Source: Thermoanaerobaculia bacterium (GTDB taxonomy: Bacteria > Acidobacteriota > Thermoanaerobaculia > Multivoradales > UBA5704). Taken from it: a stretch of DNA of 64,000 nucleotides. The stretch spans positions 8,118-72,117 of the forward strand of contig DASUEN010000170.1 in NCBI GenBank assembly GCA_036275055.1. The letters run 5' to 3'. The notes below the pieces were generated by a model. That model was given only the letters and a program-made list of their open reading frames with translations. It had not been told where the DNA came from and did not search any database. Below, piece after piece: positions 27,772 to 36,142 of the stretch. Position 1 is the first letter of the stretch; every line of letters begins with the position of its first letter. The translations under genes were made by a program, and so were the position numbers.

Positions 27772-27960
27772 TTACGGTTCGAGCCACTTGGCCATCCGAC
27801 GGTCAAACTCTTCTTCGGAAACCGTACGCCCCGCTTCCACGTCCTCGAGCCCATACTCAATCTTCTGTCGAACGTAGATGTGGTACTGGATGTCGTCGAA
27901 GGAGGCGTCTTCCGGCAGGCCCTCCAGGATGCGCATGACTTCTTCTTTGGCAGCGTTCAT
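27772..27960 (-). CDS. small acidic protein (62 aa), antitoxin-like, unassigned
   Basis: MNAAKEEVMRILEGLPEDASFDDIQYHIYVRQKIEYGLEDVEAGRTVSEEEFDRRMAKWLEP. Lies 72 nt upstream of, and co-oriented with, the giant gene. Confidence 0.5.
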   Translation of the reverse strand: MNAAKEEVMRILEGLPEDASFDDIQYHIYVRQKIEYGLEDVEAGRTVSEEEFDRRMAKWLEP

Positions 27961-28206
27961 GGGGAGATTCTAGCTCAGTTAGGCCCGCCTGGCAGGAGTA
28001 GCCGGTGAACTCGGCCAGGTGCCGCTGCCTCAGGGTGATGATCAAGCGGTCGCCTACCCCGCGAGGGTGAGGGCGGTTTCGTTCTCAGCCTGTCCTGGAT
28101 TAGAGGAAAAGCCGACCTTTTTCGCCGCGGCTCAGGCACCCTAACACCGGGGATGGTTTTCGGTCCCACGATGGGGCAGAGAGAAGCGCCCTCACAGGAG
28201 GTTCCT

Positions 28207-28371
28207 GTGGGCCGCCGAGCTTCTGTACGTGCCGCTCTCCCTCTCGCCGCCCTCACCCTTGTTGCCTCGCCCTCCGTTGCGCTCGCACCTCAAGGCGGAG
28301 GCGACCACGGAGGACGGCGTTTGCCCAATCCACGGAAGGCCCGCGATTGCCGGCGATGCCATGGACGCTGA
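28207..28371 (+). CDS. possible small exported peptide (54 aa)
   Basis: AGGAGG then 6 nt then GTG at 28207. VGRRASVRAALPLAALTLVASPSVALA-PQGGGDHGGRRLPNPRKARDCRRCHGR. Speculative. Confidence 0.25.
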   Translation: MGRRASVRAALPLAALTLVASPSVALAPQGGGDHGGRRLPNPRKARDCRRCHGR

Positions 28372-28460
28372 TACGATACCGGCTCAGCTTGGCAGACGAC
28401 GAGGCGGCTCTTATCCGGAAGACGATACCGCGCGATGGACCGCCGTACCCTTGGATGGCC

Positions 28461-28735
28461 CGAAATAACCATAGACAGCCCAGAATATCGATAGATGGCC
28501 CAGAATAAGAATCGATGAGCCATCGATCGATCGATGAGCCGAAATAAGGATCGATGGCGCAAACTAAGGATCGATGGGCCGTCGATCCATAGATGAGGCA
28601 AAATAAGAATCGATGAGGCGTCGATTAATCGACGGCTCAGAATAAGAATCGACGGGGCGTCGATCGATCGACAGACAAAAATAAGAATCGATGAGCCATC
28701 CTATCAATAGACGAGGCGTCGATCGATCGACAGCT
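28461..28735. repeat. iteron-like array: 8 copies of a roughly 20-bp direct repeat interleaved with four palindromes (three GTCGAT(C/T)(G/A)ATCGAC, one ATCGATCGATCGAT)
   Basis: Direct repeats (consensus cAGAATAAGAATCGATGAGCC) start at about 28462, 28481, 28501, 28541, 28561, 28600, 28638 and 28677. Palindrome cores at 28523-34, 28621-32, 28660-71 and 28719-30. AT-rich relative to the genome. Confidence 0.85.
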
Positions 28736-29093
28736 CATCGATGGATCGATGCCGCATCGTATCGATCGGCGGCGTCTCGTAAGGATCGGTGAGGCTCGTA
28801 GCGATCGGGAGGTCCGCGCCGGAGCAAGTCTCCCAGGGAAACAGCGAGGAGGGATCAGAGCTTGACGCTGGCGTATAGTTCAGCGATCCGGCACCATCTG
28901 CATATCGTCTCGCGAATATCGCATAACTCCGGCCAGGCTGTCAAGAGGCCCTGCCTGGAGAGGGGACCCGGCCGGGGAGGGCTCCAGGTCTGCTGGGGCT
29001 CGACGCTTGGAGCTACTTGTATATGCTTGCAAGTCCATGCCCGGACGAAGGGGCTGGCAACGGTTGCCAACTCCAGCCGGGAGGAGGAAAGCC

Positions 29094-29345
29094 ATGAACC
29101 GGAAGTGGATGCGCGTCACCCTTCTCCTCGCCGCCGTGTTCCTCTCTCTTGCCGCCGTCGCTCCTGATGCCCAAGCCTGCCTCTTCTCCTGCACGACGGA
29201 AGGAGACACCATGAACCTCCAGGACGGCTGCTGCAACGTCGGGCTGTTTGGACCCACCTACCGCTATCGCCTCTACGTTTGCCATAGCGGCTGCTTCCAG
29301 CGGACCAACACCACGAAGTGCAGCCTCACCGATCCGTGCGTGTGA
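29094..29345 (+). CDS. small secreted cysteine-rich peptide (83 aa, 8 Cys in mature part)
   Basis: GGAGGAGG RBS. Signal peptide MNRKWMRVTLLLAAVFLSLAAVAPDAQA. Mature peptide CLFSCTTEGDTMNLQDGCCNVGLFGPTYRYRLYVCHSGCFQRTNTTKCSLTDPCV. Confidence 0.6.
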   Translation: MNRKWMRVTLLLAAVFLSLAAVAPDAQACLFSCTTEGDTMNLQDGCCNVGLFGPTYRYRLYVCHSGCFQRTNTTKCSLTDPCV

Positions 29346-29394
29346 GAAGGGAAGCGACGGAATCGCGGCCGCCATGGGAAGGGTCGAATCAAAC

Positions 29395-29793
29395 TCATCG
29401 AATGGGCTCCGAATTCGCTCGGAGCCAGCCGGCGAGATCCGATTCGGTGCGTTGGCCGTCTGCTGCTGCGATCACGGTGTCGTAGGCCTCGGTTTCCGAT
29501 GCCGTCAACCTCCAGCCGTTGAGCCGCAGGAAGGTGGCGGCGGCCGCAAAGGCCACGCGTTTGTTGCCATCCATGTAGCCATGGTTCTTGACGAGGCCGA
29601 AGAGGTAGGCGGCGGCCAGAGTAGCCAGATCCGAGGTGGGCTCGTAGGCGAGACGATTCTTCGGACGCGCGAGGGCCGACTCGAGGAGATCGTCACCTCC
29701 GGCCCTGACGCCGGCTGTGCCACCATGCTCCATGAGGAGCTCGGAATGAATCGCGTCCACGATCCACCGGGTCAGCCAGCGAGGCTCCTCCAC
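29395..29793 (-). CDS. doc: death-on-curing (Doc/Fic) family toxin
   Basis: ..IHSELLMEHGG..GVRAGGDDLLESALARP.. and Fic motif HGYMDGNKRVAFAA. Confidence 0.85.
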   Translation of the reverse strand: MEEPRWLTRWIVDAIHSELLMEHGGTAGVRAGGDDLLESALARPKNRLAYEPTSDLATLAAAYLFGLVKNHGYMDGNKRVAFAAAATFLRLNGWRLTASETEAYDTVIAAADGQRTESDLAGWLRANSEPIR

Positions 29794-29796
29794 GGG

Positions 29797-30024
29797 TCAT
29801 TCCGCCAACTTTTTGAGCGTGTTGCGATATTGCCGGCGGACCTCGGAAAAGGCTTCCATGGCGTCATGAAAGTCGGGATCATACGGAGTCAGCAGGACTC
29901 CGTTCTTCGTCTCAACCGCGAACATCCGGTCTCCCGGCCGGACCTGAAGCCGCTCCGCCATCTCTTTGGGCAGCGTCGCCGTCACCGATCCTCCCGCCTG
30001 CCTCAAGGTGATTTCCTTGATCAT
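29797..30024 (-). CDS. AbrB/MazE/SpoVT-fold antitoxin (Doc partner)
   Basis: MIKEITLRQAGGSVTATLPKEMAERLQVRPGDRMFAVETKNGVLLTP. Ends 3 nt before doc. Confidence 0.75.
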   Translation of the reverse strand: MIKEITLRQAGGSVTATLPKEMAERLQVRPGDRMFAVETKNGVLLTPYDPDFHDAMEAFSEVRRQYRNTLKKLAE

Positions 30025-30142
30025 CGGCTCACCTCCACTCAAGAAGTGTAGCACAGAAGTAGCACAGAGTACATTCTTGCTGGCCGCGCCTCCTGTCTGA
30101 GCTCCTGGCTGACCGGTTGGGTGTACGGGGCTCGAAAGGATT

Positions 30143-31624
30143 TCACCGCCCATCCACCTCAGCGGAGAGATCGAACATCCTGCGCGCCGCGGTGGAGACT
30201 CCCGCCAGCACGGCTCCTCCAGGGTCCGCGGCGCGCAGGCGCGGAGAGATCACGTCCCGGACGATCTCCAGGCTCACTCGGGAATTGACCGGAGTGCCGA
30301 CGTCGCGGCCGAGGAGGAGCTCGACTCTCTGATCGTCGAGCGACACCAAAAGGAAGATGCCGCGCTCGCTGACCCTCCAAGCCTTGAAAAGCTCGGAGGA
30401 GAGGGTCTGCGACGGGGCGTTCCGCATCGTGCCGACCACCAACACGGCGATCTCGCCGTTGCGCCTGGCCTTGACCGCGTCGCCCAAACGATCGATCTGC
30501 GCCAGGGTCTCCCGGGGAATGCGCCCGCTGAGGTCTACGCACCAGCCGTTGGGGCGAGGGCTGGGAATTTCCCGGGCGGCAGGGGCCACCCGGGCCGGCG
30601 AGGGTACGGCGGCGCGGACGTCAGAAGACGGAGATGGCGACGGCGGCGCAGTGGTTTGCGCCGTAGCGGCCTGCTCCCGGCGGGCGTCCGCAGCCGCCAT
30701 GCCGAGCCATACCGCGAGGCCGGCGTGGGAGGCGATCAGCAGGAAGATCGCCGCCCCCAGCTTCTGACGCATTGCGCTCTTCGTATGCGCTATGACGCCG
30801 AACGGATTGCCGCGGATGAGCTTCAGCACTTTCCGGGGTTGCGGAACGAGCTCGCGCTGCGCCGCCCGGTACAAGCCAATAGCGCAAACTCTTTCGCCGG
30901 GCGGGATGATCGTTTCCTCCAGCGTGTGCTTTCCGGGATCTAGGATGAATCCCGCACCCTCCGCCGTGGTCCGCCAATCCGAGCGCAACTCCCCATCGCG
31001 GGCGGCCGAGGCGTTCCAGGCATACACGTCCGAGACTGCGTCGGCCATCTTCCAACCGCTCCGGTCGACGAATCGGGTCACCTGGAGATAGTCGCCGGCA
31101 TGGGCATAATGGGAGGGCTCCTCCAGGTGCGTGGGCAAGAAACCCTGCGGCATGTGGTTCGGGCTGAGACGGACCTCTCCGGTGCGGGTCCGAACGATCA
31201 GCGGCGCAGTGGCGCTGCCGATGAAGTCCGTGCGAGTGCGAGTTACGGGTCCCTCGTCCGTTTCGACTTTTTCCCGGTGGGAGATCTTGTAGGAGTAGGA
31301 CGCGCACAAGGTGCGGCTGAAGGGCGAGGTGAGAGCCGGCCCCAGAGTCTGCAGCGTACCCACGACGGCTGAGCGCTGGCCGTCGGCCGGCGGCTTTCCC
31401 GCCAGGGCCGCACTGACCAGGCCGTGGTCCTCCCGGGACCGCAGGATGCTGCGCACGGCACCGATCGCGAGGAGGACGAAGATCGCCATCACCAGGGCGC
31501 CCCTCGTGGCGATCTCCGTTCCGTAGCCGCGCAAGGCGAGGTAATACCCCCCGGCGATCGCCAGGTAGAGCGCAAGCCACGGACCCAAGCTCTGTTTCAT
31601 CGCAGCCCACGAAAAATCTAGCAC
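30143..31624 (-). CDS. membrane protein with GIDE-like domain and C-terminal TPM (TLP18.3/Psb32/MOLO-1) domain
   Basis: Two N-terminal TM helices; ..VVGTLQTLGPALTSPFSRTLCASYSYKI..; mid TM helix; ..GEIAVLVVGTM..ELFKAWRV..RGIFLLVSLDDQRVELLLG... GTG start (an ATG alternative lies at 31600). Confidence 0.55.
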   Translation of the reverse strand: MLDFSWAAMKQSLGPWLALYLAIAGGYYLALRGYGTEIATRGALVMAIFVLLAIGAVRSILRSREDHGLVSAALAGKPPADGQRSAVVGTLQTLGPALTSPFSRTLCASYSYKISHREKVETDEGPVTRTRTDFIGSATAPLIVRTRTGEVRLSPNHMPQGFLPTHLEEPSHYAHAGDYLQVTRFVDRSGWKMADAVSDVYAWNASAARDGELRSDWRTTAEGAGFILDPGKHTLEETIIPPGERVCAIGLYRAAQRELVPQPRKVLKLIRGNPFGVIAHTKSAMRQKLGAAIFLLIASHAGLAVWLGMAAADARREQAATAQTTAPPSPSPSSDVRAAVPSPARVAPAAREIPSPRPNGWCVDLSGRIPRETLAQIDRLGDAVKARRNGEIAVLVVGTMRNAPSQTLSSELFKAWRVSERGIFLLVSLDDQRVELLLGRDVGTPVNSRVSLEIVRDVISPRLRAADPGGAVLAGVSTAARRMFDLSAEVDGR

Positions 31625-31691
31625 GCGGCGAGGGGAGGGCGAATGGCGTTCGTGTGACAGGAACCCCGGGCCTGCCTTTGGGCTGCACGCT

Positions 31692-32696
31692 TCAGCGCAG
31701 CGTGACGGTCGGGTTGCGGCTGAAGCGGGTGCGGTGGGGCAGGCGGTCGTTGAGGGCGAGGAGGAGCCGGAACAGGCGGGGCCTCTGGATCCACAACAGC
31801 TTCCAGCGCAGGCGCAGGCCCGGGTGGCGCAGGGCCGCGAAGTGGTTGACCGATGCGAGGGCCAGCCGCGCGCCCTGCCAGTCGCGCGCCGAACAGGCCC
31901 GCACGTAGTCGTCGAGCGAGGTGAGGAAGAAGCGCGGCGCGATGGCTTTGCTCACGTAGTAGCGAAACATGCGCGAGTCGTCCGGAAGGATCGACACGAG
32001 CTTCGCCGCGTAGCGCAGGCGGCTCTCCAAAAAGCGGGGGGACGCCGACGAGCCGGCGGCGTGGACCCGGAAACGCAGCAACGGGCGAGGCACGAAGACG
32101 TGGTCCCAGCCGAGCCGGAAAAAACGTACGAACAGGTCGTCGTCCTCGTAGCCGCAGAGCGTTTCGTCGAAGCCGCCCACCTGCTCGAAAGCGGCGCGCC
32201 GTATCACGCTCGCCGAAGGGAGCACCATCAGGTCGCCGGCCACGCATTCGTAGATGGTGCGCTTGGGATGGGGCGCGCCCAGCGTCGCGAGGAACGCGCG
32301 GGTCACCAGGTTGCCTTCGAGGTCCATCTCGTCGAAATCGCAGTAAGCCCAGCCCACGTCAAGGCCGGCGGCGAAGGGAACGAAAAGCTCCTCGAGGTGG
32401 CGCGGGTGCCAATAGTCATCCTGATCGATGAAAGCCAGAAATTCCCCCTCGGCCTCGCGGGCGGCGGCGTTGCGCGCCGCCGACTGGCCGGCGTTGGCCT
32501 GCCGCAGCACGCGCACCGGAAACGGCGCCGGAGGGAGACCCTCGAGCTCTTCCAGCGAGCCGTCCGTCGAGCCGTCGTCCACAATGATTAGCTCGCAAGG
32601 CGGCAGCGACTGCGCGAGCACGCTGCGCACCGCGCCGAGCAGGAAGCGGCGGCCGTTGAAAACCGGCAGGATGGCCGAAATTCGGGGGGTCGTCAT
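31692..32696 (-). CDS. family-2 glycosyltransferase
   Basis: Start MTTPRISAILPVFNG..; ..ELIIVDDGSTDGS..; ..FIDQDDYW... Upstream extension of the track ORF rejected. Confidence 0.85.
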   Translation of the reverse strand: MTTPRISAILPVFNGRRFLLGAVRSVLAQSLPPCELIIVDDGSTDGSLEELEGLPPAPFPVRVLRQANAGQSAARNAAAREAEGEFLAFIDQDDYWHPRHLEELFVPFAAGLDVGWAYCDFDEMDLEGNLVTRAFLATLGAPHPKRTIYECVAGDLMVLPSASVIRRAAFEQVGGFDETLCGYEDDDLFVRFFRLGWDHVFVPRPLLRFRVHAAGSSASPRFLESRLRYAAKLVSILPDDSRMFRYYVSKAIAPRFFLTSLDDYVRACSARDWQGARLALASVNHFAALRHPGLRLRWKLLWIQRPRLFRLLLALNDRLPHRTRFSRNPTVTLR

Positions 32697-35446
32697 GGCG
32701 GATCTCCCCGCGGCCCCGGCGCCACACGCAGGCCCGCGACCGGATACCGCCGCGCCCGCTCCGCGCTCTCCCCCGCTCTCGAGGGCCACGCCACGGCACC
32801 CGGCGGGATCTCTTCGACCTTGCGGGCGAGGATCTCGGCCATCGCGAAGACCGGGACGGTCGGCATCTCGAGATGTTGTTGCCGCCACCGCGGACTGGGG
32901 ATCAGTGCCGCCGTTCCGGAATCCTGGGCATCCAGTACCTCGAAGCCGCTCGCCGGCCCGAACAGCACGCGCAACCCCTCGGCCGACATGCGCCAGAAGT
33001 CGTTCGGCTGCGCGTGAGCCGGCCAGGCTCCAGGCGCCGCGTGATAGACGAGCCCGCCGGGTTTGAGCACGCGGTTGGTCTCGGCCGCGAAAAGCCATGG
33101 CGCCTGGAGGTGCTCCAGGACCGAGGCGGAGACCACGGCATCGACGGAGCGTGCGCGCAGGAATCCGCTCAAAGAGTGGGCGTCGCCCACGAGATCGACA
33201 CAGAACCCAGGGTGGATGTCGAGCCCGGTCACCGGGCCGCGCAGCAACGGCCGCGGCGGCGCCGCTTCGTGGCCCGCCGGAGAGCGAGCCCCGACCTGAA
33301 GCACGCGGCCACCGCGGACGTTGGCGAGCTCGACGAAGCGGCGCAGCATCGGCGACACGACGTCGAAGTCCTCGTGGGCTCCGGGCCAGGGAGGCAGAGG
33401 CCCTTCCGGCAAGCGGAGGGGGATTCTCGCGAAGCCGCCGTCGGTCTCCAGCGTCAAGCTCACGGGATGGCCGGGTGGGCAGGCGAGGTAGACGGTGAAG
33501 CCGCCGTAGCGAACGTGCTCGTGCTCGGGATAGTGAGCGAGCAGGTCGGGACGGTCCGTGAAGGTGTCCACCCGGGCGGAGCGGCCCGCGGATTCGATGC
33601 GCAGCGCCCGCACCCGGTGCTCATGGGCATGCACCCAGCCGTGCAGGTAGAGGCCATGCGCATCGCACCAGAACGCGTCCAGCCAGTAGGCGGCGCGGAC
33701 CCCGGAGCGGCCTGCGGATGCGATGCGAAACGCTGCGATGCCGCGCTCGTCGGTCAGCGGGTCCGTGGCCTCGCGTCCCGTTCCTTCCCCTGGGCCCCGG
33801 CAGACGAGGGTGATCGGCGGACGGACGGCGGCGGCGGCACGGATCGCCCGGAGATCGGCCTCGACCGGGGCCGCGGCCTCGCCGGACAGATCGAGGACGC
33901 CGAGGAAGTACGAGGCGCCAGGCAAGCCGTCGAAAGGCGCGAATTCGAGACGCAGGGACTCCTCCGGCGAGAGGCGCGGATTGGAGAGAGTCGCGGCACG
34001 ATAATCCGGAGACCGGTCCGTTCCGCCCTCGGCGAGGAGGAGAACGCGCAGCCGCGTCGCCGGCTGGCGGGCGATCACGTCCAGCGGCAGGGCCACTCCG
34101 GAGAGCCGCGCGACGGAGGCGACGAAGCGTTCGGCGATCACCAGGGGCCGCCGGCGGCGGAAACGATCGAAGAGACTCGTGGCCCTGGCCCCCTCCCGGG
34201 CCGGCTCCGTGGCCGCGAGCGCCATCGGCAGGTGCTTGCGGCTCTGGGCCACGAGCTCTCCCGTTTCCCCGTCGTGAAGCCCGAAGGGGTTTTGACGCCC
34301 CTGCAGGAGGTCGCCGGCAGCCACGGCCGCGGCAAAATGGCTGGCGGCCCGGCCGGGGCGGCCGAGGCCGTTGAGCTCCAGGATGCCCGAGAAGAAAAGA
34401 GCGCCCGTCAGGTTGAAGGGGAGGGTCCGCTCAGCTTCCAGGTTCGGCTTCTCCAGGTCGAGGCCGAAGCGTTCGCGATAGATCCGCGCCAGCCGGGCCC
34501 GGCTCGCCTCCGCCTCCCCGTAGAGGCCGGCGTTGACGCACTCCTTGAAGTGCCGGTAGGCGAAGCCGCAAGCGAAGGCGGAAGCGAAGGCGGAAGCGGG
34601 AGGAGAGCTCTCCGCCCGGGCCGCGAAATAGTCGCGCAGGAGGGCTCGCTCCGCCGCCGGATCGGCCGGGCGCAGCCGTTCGAGCGCCGCCGGAGAGCGG
34701 GAAGCGAAGGCGCGGAGCGTCTCCGGCGACTCCTCGACGCGGACGGCGGCAAAGCCGGCGCTTTCGAGCACCCGGACGAGAGCGTCGCGGCTGTAGAGCA
34801 CCATGTGGAACCCGGGGCTGAGGGCGCGGCCGAGCGCCGCCGGCTCCGCTTCCGGCCGGACGATCGCGAGGTTCGGAGTCGAGAGGACGAGAATCCCATC
34901 CGGGGACAACCGGTCGCGGATCGCGGCGAGCAATCCGTGAGGCTCGGCGACATGTTCGAGGATCTCCGAGCAGATCGCCAGGTCGAAAAGCTCGGGGCCG
35001 AGATCGAGATCGGCGCTGAAGTAGGCGCGGCGGACGGGAAAGCCCAACACCTCGGCGCCCGCCGCGGCGAGCGGCGAGGGGTCCACTCCGAGCACCTCCC
35101 AGCCGAAAGCGAAACGGCTGAAATCGAGCGCGAAGCCCACGCTGCAGCCGATCTCCAGGCAGCGCCGGACCATTCCAGGCGGCACGCGCAGAAGCGGCGC
35201 CACGATGAGGTCGATTCCAGCTCCCTGCTCGACGTAATAGTCGAGCATCACGGCCACGTCCCGCTCGTAGTCGGGAGGCGTCAGCTCCTGGAGGAAGGCG
35301 GCGCCGCAGACCGAACAAGCCAAAAGGGTGATGGGCGGCTGCCCAGGCACGACGTGATCCGTGGACAGCACCGCCTTCTTCGTCCCCGTCACGCTGCAGA
35401 GCGGGCAGTGGGCCTCGACTTCATGCTGGAGCCAATGGAGACGCAT
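32693..35446 (-). CDS. large protein with two class-I SAM-methyltransferase domains flanking an unassigned central region
   Basis: N-terminus: CPLCS..CSVCG zinc ribbon, CLEIGCSVGF..ICSEILEHV..PDGILVLSTPN. C-terminus: RVLQVGA..VSASVLEHLQ..LKPGGLVYH. ATGA overlap with the GT2 gene. The track start at 35521 is a TTG. Confidence 0.65.
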   Translation of the reverse strand: MRLHWLQHEVEAHCPLCSVTGTKKAVLSTDHVVPGQPPITLLACSVCGAAFLQELTPPDYERDVAVMLDYYVEQGAGIDLIVAPLLRVPPGMVRRCLEIGCSVGFALDFSRFAFGWEVLGVDPSPLAAAGAEVLGFPVRRAYFSADLDLGPELFDLAICSEILEHVAEPHGLLAAIRDRLSPDGILVLSTPNLAIVRPEAEPAALGRALSPGFHMVLYSRDALVRVLESAGFAAVRVEESPETLRAFASRSPAALERLRPADPAAERALLRDYFAARAESSPPASAFASAFACGFAYRHFKECVNAGLYGEAEASRARLARIYRERFGLDLEKPNLEAERTLPFNLTGALFFSGILELNGLGRPGRAASHFAAAVAAGDLLQGRQNPFGLHDGETGELVAQSRKHLPMALAATEPAREGARATSLFDRFRRRRPLVIAERFVASVARLSGVALPLDVIARQPATRLRVLLLAEGGTDRSPDYRAATLSNPRLSPEESLRLEFAPFDGLPGASYFLGVLDLSGEAAAPVEADLRAIRAAAAVRPPITLVCRGPGEGTGREATDPLTDERGIAAFRIASAGRSGVRAAYWLDAFWCDAHGLYLHGWVHAHEHRVRALRIESAGRSARVDTFTDRPDLLAHYPEHEHVRYGGFTVYLACPPGHPVSLTLETDGGFARIPLRLPEGPLPPWPGAHEDFDVVSPMLRRFVELANVRGGRVLQVGARSPAGHEAAPPRPLLRGPVTGLDIHPGFCVDLVGDAHSLSGFLRARSVDAVVSASVLEHLQAPWLFAAETNRVLKPGGLVYHAAPGAWPAHAQPNDFWRMSAEGLRVLFGPASGFEVLDAQDSGTAALIPSPRWRQQHLEMPTVPVFAMAEILARKVEEIPPGAVAWPSRAGESAERARRYPVAGLRVAPGPRGDPP

Positions 35447-35590
35447 CGCGGAGCGCAAACGTAGCACGGTTCGCCGGAGAGGCGCCTCCTCTGCCGGTCT
35501 CCAGAGGCATTTTTTTTGCAAGTACGGCCAGGGCTGAGCATCAGCTTGGCGAGACGCTCACCTGGTCCTACCCGCGAAAGGAGATTGCTC

Positions 35591-36076
35591 ATGAAGTCGA
35601 AGCTTCAAAGGCCGGCCACGATCATGATCCTTGGCCTCGCCCTCCTCATGTTCCTGGTCGCCGCCGCTCCCAATCCCATCACGCAGCCGTCCCGGGTCGT
35701 CCACAACCAGGTCATCGTGCCCGAGGAAGATCGCTTCACGCCCTTTTCACAGACGATCCACGCCGGCGATGCCGTGCGCTGGATCAACATGGACACCGAT
35801 GACCATTCGGTGGTGAGCGACGACGCCTTCAACACGGCCGGCAACCGCAAGATCGATATCGTACTGCCAGGAACCGACAACAACGGCGGCAAGCCGGGGA
35901 CGCTGGTCCTCCACTTCGGCCACCCCGGAACCTTCGTCTACTACTGCCGGTTCCACGCTCATCTGGATGGGGACAACCAGCCGGTGGCCCCCGGTCCCGA
36001 AGGCGGAATCGAGGACCCCGACGGCAACCACGGCACGCCTATGATGGGGATCATCACGGTCCTGCCCAGAGACTGA
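35591..36076 (+). CDS. cupredoxin (plastocyanin/azurin-like) copper protein, exported
   Basis: AAGGAG RBS. TM/signal segment. ..DDHSVVSDD.. and ..YYCRFHAHLDG..MMG.. (His/Cys/His/Met ligands). Confidence 0.75.
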   Translation: MKSKLQRPATIMILGLALLMFLVAAAPNPITQPSRVVHNQVIVPEEDRFTPFSQTIHAGDAVRWINMDTDDHSVVSDDAFNTAGNRKIDIVLPGTDNNGGKPGTLVLHFGHPGTFVYYCRFHAHLDGDNQPVAPGPEGGIEDPDGNHGTPMMGIITVLPRD

Positions 36077-36142
36077 GCAGCTCAGCGGGGTGTCTGAAAG
36101 GGCGTCCCGTCTCCTGATGGGATGCCCCTTATGAACAAGCCC

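Noticed and set aside
28440-28800. CRISPR array?
   Set aside because: The repeats are only about 20 bp, degenerate and often directly abutting (20-bp spacing) without unique spacers. They are interleaved with palindromes, and no cas genes are in the window. The array fits an iteron or operator array better.
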